Shown here one piece after another: positions 20,748 through 30,900 of a stretch of DNA of 64,000 nucleotides. The notes beneath the pieces were generated by a model, which saw only the letters and a list, made by a program, of their open reading frames with translations, did no database searches and was not told the origin of the DNA. Origin of the DNA: an uncultured Demequinaceae bacterium. Its GTDB lineage: Bacteria; Actinomycetota; Actinomycetes; Actinomycetales; Demequinaceae. How positions within the stretch are numbered: position 1 is the stretch's first letter; each line of letters begins with the position of its first letter. The translations under genes and the position numbers were made by a program. Location: assembly GCA_964610155.1 (NCBI GenBank), contig CAZSUY010000007.1:15376-79375 (forward strand). Reading direction: 5' to 3'.

Positions 20748-21735
20748 TTACCACCATTCCCCGACGAAGTAGATCTTCGTATCGTCGGGTGAGAAGACCG
20801 CGAAGTGGATGACCAGCGTGTCGGGGTAGTAGTCGGGTGTGGCGTTGTGGTTGGCGGTGCCGTCGGCGTTCATCATGTAGATGTCGTAGAGCCCTGTGCC
20901 GTCGATCGCCGCCAGGATGTAGATCAGCCGCTCCCCGTCGTGCGACCAGTCCGTCACTCCCTGTGTGTAGCCGGTCTCCGTGAGCTGGATGAGGTCGGTG
21001 CCGTCGATGTCGACGAGGAACAGATCGTAGTTCCCGTGCACCGATGAGTCGTCGACCAGGCGGGAGAATACCACCTGGGTTCCGTCGGGGCTGATCCTGG
21101 GGTCGTAGTCGCCAAAAGGCAGAACAGCGTTGCCCCACTCGCCAACCCGGGGCGGGTCGGTGATGGACCGGGCATCGGAGCCGTCTGAGTCCATCAGCCA
21201 GATCCGGCTACCGCTAGTGAACGTGATGAGATCGCCTTGCCAGTGGATGTCAGCGTCGTGGCTACCTGAATCGAAGAGCAGGTGCTGGTCGGCGCCGTCG
21301 GCGCCCATGGCGTAAATGTCCAGGTCGGTACCTCGGAAGCTGAGGAAAGCGATCGTGGAGCCGTCCGGAGACCATGCCGGGTAAAGATCCCACGAAGTGT
21401 TCTCGGTGAGCCGCGTCAAGCCCTGCCCACCCTCACCGATGGTGAAGATCTCGTTGTACTCATAGCCGTCTCCACCTACTGTCTGCGAGAAGACGATCTG
21501 GTCGCCGGTGGCGTTCACCCTCATCTTCTCGATGATGTTCGGGGTGGAGTGGACCAGGTTGGTTTGTCCGGTGTCAAGATCGAGCACGTGAATTGCCCAG
21601 CGGTCCGAGGGACGTTCCGGCGGTTCGGGATTGGCCTGTGAGGTGCCAGCATCACCATCACCGCAGGCGGCGAGAGAAGCGACAGCAAGGGCGAGCGTTG
21701 TCAGGTGGCGGATCGTGGTCTGCCCCCTTCTTCAT
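20748..21735 (-). CDS. PD40/TolB-like beta-propeller lipoprotein, 5' end disrupted by an apparent 1-nt frameshift
   Basis: Repeated PD40-like units (WSPDGSTIAF, ISPDGTQVVF, WSHDGERLIY, FSPDDTKIYF). The intact ORF starts only at GTG 21587. The same frame upstream encodes ...LTTLALAVASLAACGDGD (canonical lipobox). An ATG-AAG-AAG at 21735 lies one frame off, across a G5 run (C5 on the plus strand, 21723-21727). Confidence 0.7.
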
Positions 21736-21843
21736 TGGTGAGACATCCCCAGAATGTACCGTTTGGGACACCCAATCTGAACCCCTGTGAGACACCTGTC
21801 ACGCCTCGCCAACATCGACAACCCTCGGGCGCTGAACGATCCA

Positions 21844-21891
21844 GACGAAGAAACGGCCCCCGGCGCGCATACGCCGGGGGCCGTCTTCGTT
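21844..21891 (-). terminator. strong GC-rich hairpin downstream of ppdK
   Basis: Perfect 13-bp core ACGGCCCCCGGCG / CGCCGGGGGCCGT (21853-21865 and 21872-21884) with a 6-nt loop. It is extended by GACGAAG/CTTCGTT with a 2-nt bulge and begins 14 nt after the ppdK stop. Confidence 0.6.
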
Positions 21892-21904
21892 TGAGCTAGA
21901 CGGC

Positions 21905-24706
21905 TCAGCCTTTGTCGTCGGCCAGGGCGGCCTGGGCCGCTGCAAGACGGGCGATCGGCACCCGGAATGGCGAGCAACTCACGTAGTTCAGGTTGAGCTT
22001 GTGGCACAACGCGATCGACTTGGGGTCGCCACCGTGCTCACCGCAGATGCCGACCTCCAGCTCCTTGCGAACGCCACGGCCCTCGTTGACCGCCCAGTCC
22101 ATGAGCCGGCCGACACCATTGGGGTCGATGCTGGCGAACGGGTTCTCATCCAGAATCCCCTGCTGGAGGTACTCGATGAGGAATCCGGCCTCGGCGTCGT
22201 CACGGCTGATGCCGAAGGTCGTCTGGGTCAGGTCGTTGGTGCCGAAAGACAGGAACTCGGCGTATTCGGCAATCTCGCCTGCGGTCAGCGCCGCGCGCGG
22301 GATCTCGATCATGGTGCCGAACTTGTAGGCCACCTGGGTGCGTCGCTCCTCCATGACCTCCTTGGCCTCGGCCTCCAGAACCCCACGCTGGCGCTTCAGT
22401 TCGTTGACATGGCAGGTCAGCGGGATCATCACCTCGGGGAAGACCTTGACGCCCTCCTCCTGTACCTCACAGGCCGCCTCGAAGATGGCGCGCACCTGCA
22501 TCTTGGTCAGCTCGGGGATCATGATGCCCAGCCGGACGCCGCGCAGCCCCAGCATCGGGTTGGACTCACGCAGCCCCTCGACGCGCTTCAGCATCCGGGT
22601 CTCCTCTTCGACATGCTCGAGGATCCCGTCGATCTCCTGCAAGGTGCCGGCCTTCATCAGCCGGATCTTGCCATCGGCCAGCTTGTTGGTGAGCTCTTCG
22701 AAGGAGGGCAGGAACTCGTGCAGCGGCGGGTCGATCAGCCGGATGATCACCGGCAAACCGTCCATCACACGGAACAGTCCAGCGAAGTCGGCACGCTGGA
22801 ATGGCAGCAGCACCTCCAACGCCTCGCGCCGCTCCGTGGGCGACGTAGCGGTGATCATCTTCTGGACGATCGGCAGACGTTCGGGCTCGAAGAACATGTG
22901 CTCGGTACGACACAGCCCGATGCCCTGAGCCCCGTATTTTCGGGCGCGCTCGGCATCCAACGGATAGTCGGCGTTGGCCCAGACCTGCAAGGTGCGGAAG
23001 TCGTCGGCCCAGCCCAGCAGCTTTGAAAGCCACGGGTCGTCCAGGTCGGGGATCATCGTCTCCATCTGCCCGACATAAACCTCGCCGGTGGTGCCGTCGA
23101 TCGAGATCCAGTCGCCTTCCTGGATCTCACGCTCGCCGACGGTCATGACTCGGGCGCCCAAGTCGATGTTGAGCTCGGATACGCCAACGACGGCGGGCCT
23201 GCCGAACTGACGGGCGACTAGCGCGGCGTGGCTGGTGCGACCACCGCGACTGGTGAGGATGCCTTGCGCGGCGAGCATGCCGTGGACGTCGTCCGGCTTG
23301 GTCTCGGGACGGACCATGATGACCTGCTTCTTGTCCTCCTTGGTCCAACGCTCGGCCAGGTCGGCATCAAACGCAATCACACCCACAGCCGCACCGGGCG
23401 AGACGTTCAGACCGGTGGCGATACGCGTGCCGTTGTCGGCGGCTCCCTCTTTGGACTCGGGGGTGAACTGCGGGTGCAAGAAGAAGTCCAACTGGTCGGG
23501 TTGGACCCGCAACACGGCCTCCTCGGCGGTGATCAACCCCTCGTCGACCATGTCGACGGCGATCCGAACCGCGGACTGCGCGGTGCGCTTCCCGTCGCGG
23601 GTCTGCAGGAGCCAGAGCTTGCCTCGCTCGATGGTGAACTCCATGTCCTGCATGTTGCGATAGTGCTTTTCAAGACGCTGGGCGATCTCTGCGTACTCGG
23701 CGTAAGACTTGGGCATGTCTATCTTGAGGTCGTCCATCGTCCTGGTCACACGGTTACCCGCGACGACATCCTCGCCCTGGGCGTTGGGCAGATAGTCGCC
23801 CTCGAGGTGGGCCTCGCCGGTCGTGGAACTGCGGGTCATGGCGACGCCGGTGGCCGAGGTGTCTCCCATGTTGCCGAACACCATCGTCTGGATGTTGACC
23901 GCGGTACCAAGGTCATGGGGAATACCCGTGGCGTTCCGGTAGTCGACGGCACGCTTGCCGCCCCAAGACTTGAAGACCGCCTCCGCAGCCAACCGCAGTT
24001 GGTCGTAGGGGTCGGTGGGGAAGTCGATGCGCGCATAGCGCTTCACTATGGCCTTGAAGGCGTCAACGATTTCGACCAAGTCCTCGGTCGTGAGCTTGGC
24101 GTCGCTGTCGACTTTGCGCTTCTCGCGCTGGGCCTCGAGGACCTCCTCAAAGGGCTCGCTGCTGACGCCGAGGACGACCGAGCCGAACATCTGGACGAGC
24201 CGACGATAGGAATCGTAGACAAAACGCGAGTCTCCGATGAGCTTGACCATGCCCTCGACAACCTCAGGGTTGAGTCCGACGTTGAGAACGGTGTCCATCA
24301 TTCCGGGCATGGAGAACTTCGCGCCGGAGCGGACCGACACGAGTAACGGGTTGCTGGGGTCGCCGAAGCGCTTGCCCGTCTTGGACTCGACCTCTTTGAG
24401 TGCGGCCAGGACCTGCTCCCACATTCCGTCGGGGAACTTCCCGTCCTTCTGGTAGGCGTTGCACGCCTCGGTGGTTGCGGTGAATCCCGGCGGTACGGGA
24501 ACCCCGATACGTGTCATGTCACCGAGGTTTGCGCCCTTGCCGCCGAGTAGCCCGCGGACCTTGTCCCAGTCGCCACCGCAGTACTCCTGCGCATCGTCTA
24601 CTTGGTCGAAGCCGTATACCCAACGCTTCGCGGGCTTGGACGAGGCTTTGGGCGCGGCCGTCTTGGAGCCCGGCTTTGCGCCGTCGCTTGTGTTCGTTGC
24701 AACCAT
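21905..24706 (-). CDS. ppdK: pyruvate, phosphate dikinase
   Basis: 933 aa with phosphohistidine motif GGRTSHAALVARQ and C-terminal PEP-utilizer motif FLSFGTNDLTQ. A GGAAGG Shine-Dalgarno sequence lies upstream of the ATG. Confidence 0.95.
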   Translation of the reverse strand: MVATNTSDGAKPGSKTAAPKASSKPAKRWVYGFDQVDDAQEYCGGDWDKVRGLLGGKGANLGDMTRIGVPVPPGFTATTEACNAYQKDGKFPDGMWEQVLAALKEVESKTGKRFGDPSNPLLVSVRSGAKFSMPGMMDTVLNVGLNPEVVEGMVKLIGDSRFVYDSYRRLVQMFGSVVLGVSSEPFEEVLEAQREKRKVDSDAKLTTEDLVEIVDAFKAIVKRYARIDFPTDPYDQLRLAAEAVFKSWGGKRAVDYRNATGIPHDLGTAVNIQTMVFGNMGDTSATGVAMTRSSTTGEAHLEGDYLPNAQGEDVVAGNRVTRTMDDLKIDMPKSYAEYAEIAQRLEKHYRNMQDMEFTIERGKLWLLQTRDGKRTAQSAVRIAVDMVDEGLITAEEAVLRVQPDQLDFFLHPQFTPESKEGAADNGTRIATGLNVSPGAAVGVIAFDADLAERWTKEDKKQVIMVRPETKPDDVHGMLAAQGILTSRGGRTSHAALVARQFGRPAVVGVSELNIDLGARVMTVGEREIQEGDWISIDGTTGEVYVGQMETMIPDLDDPWLSKLLGWADDFRTLQVWANADYPLDAERARKYGAQGIGLCRTEHMFFEPERLPIVQKMITATSPTERREALEVLLPFQRADFAGLFRVMDGLPVIIRLIDPPLHEFLPSFEELTNKLADGKIRLMKAGTLQEIDGILEHVEEETRMLKRVEGLRESNPMLGLRGVRLGIMIPELTKMQVRAIFEAACEVQEEGVKVFPEVMIPLTCHVNELKRQRGVLEAEAKEVMEERRTQVAYKFGTMIEIPRAALTAGEIAEYAEFLSFGTNDLTQTTFGISRDDAEAGFLIEYLQQGILDENPFASIDPNGVGRLMDWAVNEGRGVRKELEVGICGEHGGDPKSIALCHKLNLNYVSCSPFRVPIARLAAAQAALADDKG

Positions 24707-25034
24707 CGTGGAGCCTTCCCTATCCGTATCAGGCCGTATTGGGCCAAGTACCTTTGAGTGATGGATTTTCGTCTCACTGTATTGGTCAGTTGGTCGAAGT
24801 CTAGGGGGCGGTGATCCCTGTGTCTAATTCCCCCGTTTCGATGGTCGTGGTGGATGCTTCGCAGAGCTACCTCTCCTGCCCGTGACGAAGGACAGTGAGG
24901 AGTTTGCCTCTTCGGCGTAGCACAAAAACCGAGAGATCGTGTATTCGGCTAGACGTCCCAACGGTCGACGATCCTGCAGCCGCCGCCTGCCCGCGAAGGG
25001 CGTCGAGAGTTGGGAACAACCTCACCGGATTCCC

Positions 25035-26453
25035 CTAGCCGACCGGTTGACCGACCTCCCGCACAACGATGGAGTTGGTCGTTCCCGGGGTTCCGATCGG
25101 GGTGCCGGACACGATGATGATCATGTCCCCCTCTTTGGCGAAGCCTGAAGCCTGGAACCTCTCATCCACTAGCGCAGCCATCGTCTTCACGTCGGGAACT
25201 CGCTCGACGAGTTCAGTCTGTATCCCCCAGGAGAGGGCGAGCCGTGCCCGGGTGTCCGGGTCCACGGTGAAGGCGTACATGGGGATCGCGGACCTGAGCC
25301 GGGACATACGCTGTGCGGAGTCTCCCGACTGGGTGAAGATCGCGATGGCCTTGACCTTGAGACTCTCGGCAATCTTGACAACTGAGGCGGTGATCGCCCC
25401 GCCCTTGGTCTTCGGGAGCCAGATGAAAGGGGCGATCCTTCCGTGGCCCTTCTCCTCGGTGTATTTAATGATGCGAGCCATCGTCTCGACTGTGAGAATC
25501 GGATATTCGCCTATCGAGGTCTCTCCGGAAAGCATGATTGCGTCGGCTCCGTCGAGGACGGCGTTCGCGCAGTCGGAGGCCTCCGCCCTGGTGGGTCGCG
25601 GCGAGTTAGTCATGGACTCGAGGACCTGGGTGGCGACGATGACGGGCTTGGATTTGGACCGGCAGAGGTCGATGGCTTGCTTCTGGAAGAGGGGAACGTC
25701 CTCGAGGGGCAATTCCACCCCTAGGTCACCACGAGCGATCATTATGCCGTCGAACGCATTGACGATCTCATCTAGGTTCTGGACGGCCTGGGGCTTCTCG
25801 ATCTTGGCGATGACGGGGACCTTGCGACCGACCTCCTTCATGATCTTCTTGACGTCCTTGTAGTCCTTCGCTGAGCGCACGAAAGAGAGCGCGATGAAGT
25901 CGGTCCCCAGCTTGAGCGCCCACCTAAGGTCGTCCGCGTCCTTCTCGGACAGGGCCGGGACCGATACAGCCACACCGGGAAGGTTGATGCCTTTGTTGTT
26001 GGATACGGTGCCTTCAACCTCGACCTTTGTCACAACATCGGTGTCCGTAACCTTCTCGATCCGGAGGGTGACCTTCCCGTCATCGATTAGAATGGGGTCG
26101 CCGACCTTGGCATCACCCGGCAGACCCTTGTAGGTCGTGCCGCAGATCTCCTTGGTGCCCTCGACGTCTCGTGTAGTGATGGTGAAGGTGTCGCCTTCCT
26201 CGAGGTCGTGGGGGCCGTTGGCGAATCGGGCTAGGCGGATCTTCGGACCCTGGAGATCAACGAGGACGGCGACGTTTCTTCCGGCCTCCGTAGCTGCCTG
26301 GCGTACGTTGTCGTACATGGCTTGGTGTTCCTCATAAGATCCGTGGCTGCGGTTGAGGCGCGCCACATCCATACCGGCGGCCACCATCTTCCGTATCTGG
26401 TCAATGGATTCTGTCGCGGGGCCTATGGTGCAGACGATCTTCGCGTTTCGCAT
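25035..26453 (-). CDS. pyk: pyruvate kinase
   Basis: 472 aa, MRNAKIVCTIGPAT..., with the MIARGDLGVE motif. Confidence 0.95.
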   Translation of the reverse strand: MRNAKIVCTIGPATESIDQIRKMVAAGMDVARLNRSHGSYEEHQAMYDNVRQAATEAGRNVAVLVDLQGPKIRLARFANGPHDLEEGDTFTITTRDVEGTKEICGTTYKGLPGDAKVGDPILIDDGKVTLRIEKVTDTDVVTKVEVEGTVSNNKGINLPGVAVSVPALSEKDADDLRWALKLGTDFIALSFVRSAKDYKDVKKIMKEVGRKVPVIAKIEKPQAVQNLDEIVNAFDGIMIARGDLGVELPLEDVPLFQKQAIDLCRSKSKPVIVATQVLESMTNSPRPTRAEASDCANAVLDGADAIMLSGETSIGEYPILTVETMARIIKYTEEKGHGRIAPFIWLPKTKGGAITASVVKIAESLKVKAIAIFTQSGDSAQRMSRLRSAIPMYAFTVDPDTRARLALSWGIQTELVERVPDVKTMAALVDERFQASGFAKEGDMIIIVSGTPIGTPGTTNSIVVREVGQPVG

Positions 26454-26468
26454 ATCTCCAACCTAGGG

Positions 26469-27941
26469 TTACGGCACGCGGAGCGCGAGCATGCGCGGGG
26501 TGATGGGCGCTGGAAGTTCCGTGCTCCCCATGAGAAATACATCCATCGCCGCAGCCGCTGCACGGCCTTCGGCGATCGCCCACACCACGAGGGATTGACC
26601 GCGACCAGCGTCACCGGCCACAAACAGTCCTTCCACGGTTGTGGCGAATCTATCGTCTCTCGCGATTGAACCGCGGGGGGTGACCTCAGTCCCGACTTGG
26701 CTAACGAGGCTCTCCACATCCGGTCCTGTGAATCCCATGGCAATCAGGACCAGATCGGCGGGAATCTCGCGCTTCGTTTGAGGAGTAGATCCCCGCGAAC
26801 CGTCGGGCATGATGTCCGTCCGAGACACCCTGATGGCTTCCAGGCGTCCGTTTTCGTCGGATAAGAACTCTAAGGTGTTGGCCCAGAACTCCCGATCCCC
26901 GCCCTCCTCGTGACTCGTCGAGACCTCAAAGAGGATGGGATGGATCGGCCAAGGCTGAGACTCCGGATCCCTCTCGTCGAGCGGTTTCATGCCGATCGCA
27001 AGGGTCGTCACTGACGTCGCGCCCTGCCGAAGGGCGGTACCAAGGCAGTCTGAACCCGTGTCTCCACCCCCAATGATTACGACGCGCTTACCCCTTGCGG
27101 TGATCTGATCATCGACGGACTCGCCAGCGGATACCCGATTTGCCTGGGTGAGGTATGGCATGGCGAAGTGAATCCCCTTCGCCTCCCGACCGACAACAGG
27201 GAGGTCCCTGGGAAGGCTCACCCCCGTCGCGACGAGTACGGCGTCATTGCGGGAGACCAGGTCGTCCCAGGTGGTATCCACCCCAACCAGGGCGCCCGTC
27301 TGGAACTGAGTCCCCTCGGCGACTATCTGCTCGATCCGTCGATCGATGTGATGCTTCTCCATCTTGAAGTCGGGCACGCCATACCTCAAGAGCCCTCCCA
27401 GCCGATCGTCTTTCTCGTAAACGGTTACCGTATGCCCGGCACGGGTGAGTTGCTGTGCCGCCGCGAGGCCAGCCGGTCCTGACCCGACGACAGCCACGGT
27501 CTTCCCCGTATGTCTCTCCGAGACCATCGGCGTGACCAGGCCTTCGTCAAAGGCTTTGTTGATGATCGATACCTCGATGTTCTTGATCGTCACGGCTGGC
27601 TGATTGATACCAAGAACACACGAGGTCTCGCAGGGAGCAGGGCAAACACGTCCCGTGAACTCGGGGAAGTTGTTGGTCGCGTGAAGTCGATCGATCGCCT
27701 CCTGCCACCGCCCACGCCAGGTGAAATCATTCCACTCAGGGATCAGGTTTCCAAGGGGGCATCCCTGATGGCAGAACGGGATCCCGCAGTCCATGCACCG
27801 ACTCGCCTGCCGGTTGAGGGCTTGAGGATCCATGGCGACTTCATCCTTGACGTATCGCCAATCCTTGAGGCGCACAGCGATGGGCCGACTCGGAGGGACC
27901 TCACGATCCCGATGCTTGAGGAAGCCTTGCGGATCAGCCAC
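26469..27941 (-). CDS. gltD: glutamate synthase (NADPH) small subunit
   Basis: 490 aa with an N-terminal Cys cluster ([17 protein letters not shown]) and two dinucleotide folds ([27 protein letters not shown]). It has an 8-nt overlap with gltB. Confidence 0.95.
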   Translation of the reverse strand: MADPQGFLKHRDREVPPSRPIAVRLKDWRYVKDEVAMDPQALNRQASRCMDCGIPFCHQGCPLGNLIPEWNDFTWRGRWQEAIDRLHATNNFPEFTGRVCPAPCETSCVLGINQPAVTIKNIEVSIINKAFDEGLVTPMVSERHTGKTVAVVGSGPAGLAAAQQLTRAGHTVTVYEKDDRLGGLLRYGVPDFKMEKHHIDRRIEQIVAEGTQFQTGALVGVDTTWDDLVSRNDAVLVATGVSLPRDLPVVGREAKGIHFAMPYLTQANRVSAGESVDDQITARGKRVVIIGGGDTGSDCLGTALRQGATSVTTLAIGMKPLDERDPESQPWPIHPILFEVSTSHEEGGDREFWANTLEFLSDENGRLEAIRVSRTDIMPDGSRGSTPQTKREIPADLVLIAMGFTGPDVESLVSQVGTEVTPRGSIARDDRFATTVEGLFVAGDAGRGQSLVVWAIAEGRAAAAAMDVFLMGSTELPAPITPRMLALRVP

Positions 27942-30900
27942 GAGTCGCCTCCAAGAACTCGCCCCAGGCCCCGGGGGCTCCTAGGTCTCCCCCGCTGGCC
28001 TCCAACTCGGCCAGGACCTTCCTCACCCTCGCGTACTGGGCGGGTAACACTCTTGTGAACCTAGCCTTCGCCTTCCCCCAGTTTGCCAGGAGATCTCGGG
28101 CGCAAGGAGACTCGGTCTCCTTGACGTGTTGCTCGAGGAGCGCCCTGACGATGGCCTCGTCCTCGGCGTCCAAGGGTCTCAGCATCAGTTCCCCCTTCTC
28201 CAGGGCATCGGCATTGACCCGTTCGGACCGAAGGTCGAGAACGTAGCCCGTTCCCCCGGACATCCCTGCGCCAAGGTTGCGCCCGACGTGGCCCATGATG
28301 ACGGAGGTCCCTCCCGTCATGTACTCGAGTGCATGGTCGCCGACGCCCTCGACAACCGCCGTCGCCCCGGAGTTCCTCACGAGGAAGCGCTCCCCCACCT
28401 GACCCCTGAGGAATATCTCCCCGCCCGTCGCGCCGTATCCGATGACGTTGCCGGCGATCACGTCCCTGGAATCGTCGAGCGAGGCCTCCCTAGCGGGGCG
28501 AACGATAACCCTCCCCCCGCTGAGGCCCTTGGCCACGTAGTCGTTTGCCTCGCCAAAAAGGCGGAGAGTGATGCCCTTGGGAACGAAGGCCCCGAATGAC
28601 TGACCAGCGCATCCGGTGAGTTCCACAGTAATGGTGTCGTCGGGGAGGCCTTCCGAACGGTAGCGCTTGGTGACCTCGTAGCCGAGCATTGTCCCGATGG
28701 TCCGATTGACGTTGCGGACCTTGCGGTGAATAGTGACGGGCTCGCCTCGTTCCAGCGCGGGCTTCGCCGCCCTGATGAGGGAACGGTCGAGCGTCTTGCC
28801 GAGCTCGTGGTCCTGAGGAACTAGCTGTCGTAGCGCGACCCCATCCGGCGGAGTGGCGAGGACGGAGGAAAGGTCGAGACCCTTCGCCTTCCAGTGGTCG
28901 ATAGCCACTCGGGTATCAAGCACCTCGACGTGACCGATCGCCTCGTCAAGCGATCGGAATCCCAGCTGTGCAAGATGTTCCCGCACCTGACGGGCGATGT
29001 ACTCGAAGAAGGTCTCGACGTATTCGGGCTTGCCGCTGAATCGAGCACGCAACTCCGGGTTCTGGGTCGCTACCCCGACCGGGCAGGTGTCCTTGTGGCA
29101 GACCCTCATCATGATGCATCCGGATACCACGAGCGGAGCCGTCGCGAAGCCAAACTCCTCGGCCCCAAGAAGGGCAGCGATGACGACGTCCCGGCCAGTC
29201 TTCAGTTGGCCGTCAACCTGGACGACGATGCGGTCACGCAATCGATTCATGACAAGGGTTTGCTGGACACCGGCGAGTCCTATCTCCCATGGCGTCCCTA
29301 CACGCTTCGGTGACGTGATCGGGCTGGCGCCCGTCCCTCCGTCCCATCCGGAGATGAGGACGACGTCAGCTTTGCACTTGGACACTCCAGCGGCGACCGT
29401 CCCGATCCCTACCTCGGACACGAGTTTGACATGAATCCTCGCCTTCGGGTTGGCGTTCTTAAGATCGTGGATGAGTTGCTTGAGGTCCTCGATGGAGTAG
29501 ATGTCGTGATGGGGAGGTGGAGAAATGAGTCCGACCCCTGGCGTCGACAGCCGGGTCTCGGCTATCCATGGGTACACTTTCTCACCAGGCAAATGGCCAC
29601 CCTCTCCGGGCTTGGCCCCCTGGGCCATCTTGATCTGGATATCATCCGCATTGGCCAGGTATTCGCTCGTGACGCCGAACCGGCCGGAAGCAACCTGTTT
29701 CACAGCACTACGCCGCTCGGGGTCATAGAGGCGGGAAGGTTTCTCTCCCCCCTCCCCGGTGTTGGAACGCCCCCCCAGCCGGTTCATGGCAATTGCGAGC
29801 GTCGTGTGGGCCTCCTCCGAGATCGACCCAAACGACATGGCCCCGGTACCAAAACGCTTGACGATTTCACAGACCGGTTCAACCTCTTCGAGGGGAATCG
29901 GCTCTCGACCCGAGGCGAACTCGAAGAGGCCCCTCAGAGTCATCAGCCGTTTCGCCTGGTTGTCGATCCTGTCCGAGTACTCCTTGAAAAAGGAGTACTG
30001 CCTTGTGCGGGTCGAGTGTTGGAGCTTGAACACCGTTTCGGGATCAAAGAGGTGATGCTCACCCTCACGCCGCCACTGGTAGTCGCCCCCGATCTTGAGT
30101 CGACGATGCGGCAGGATTCTTCCTGAGGGCGGGAAAGCGTCAAGGTGCCGGGAGGCGATCTCCTCGGCGATGATGTTTAGCCCGACACCGTCAATCTGGC
30201 TGGGGGTGCCCGTGAAGTGCTTGTCGATGAGCTCCCGGGAGAGCCCCGTAGCCTCGAAGGTCTGGGCTCCCCGGTATGAAGTGAGGGTCGAAATACCCAT
30301 CTTCGACATGATCTCGAGCACTCCGTCTCCGAGGGCGCGGACGAGGTTTCGTTGAGCATTCTCCGGAGTCAAGTCGCCCAAGAGGCCCCTCGTGGCCATC
30401 TCCTCCACGGTCTCCATAGCGAGATAGGGGTTAACAGCGGCGGCCCCGAAGCCGAGGTGAAGGGCGACGTGATGAGGCTCCCGAATGTCACCTGCCTCGA
30501 CGACGAGTGAAACCCGGGTCCTCGTGTGGCTCCGGACGAGGTGTTGGTGCACCGCGCTGGTCAGGAGGAGCGAGGGAATGGGCGCGCGGTCCGGGTCGGA
30601 GTCCCGATCCGACAGCACCAGGATGTTGATCCCCCCCTCGATGGCGGTATCGCATTCGGCGAGGATCTCCTCAAGGCGGCTCTCCATTCCCTTTCCCCCC
30701 TCTCGGATGGGATAGAGCCCGGATACCAACCGCGACCGGAACAACGCTCCCAGTTGTGTGAGGTCCTCGATATGGACGATCTTGGCGAACTCGTCGTTGT
30801 TGAGGACAGGGAAGTCAAGAACGAGCTTACGGGCATGGCACGGGTTGGGTTCGAGCAGGTTTAGTTCGGGACCGACGGCGCACCTCATCGAGGTGACGAT

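Noticed and set aside
20716-25034. Searched by eye for a direct repeat of the tRNA 3' end (GGGTTCGACTCCCACTCGGGGCA) or an integrase marking a tRNA-targeted island; likewise for the tRNA-Leu(GAG) side of the ETF block
   Set aside because: No repeat or integrase was found. For the ETF block, the cargo lies on the 5' side of the tRNA, which is not the usual integration geometry. Island status therefore rests only on composition, synteny and the IS scar.
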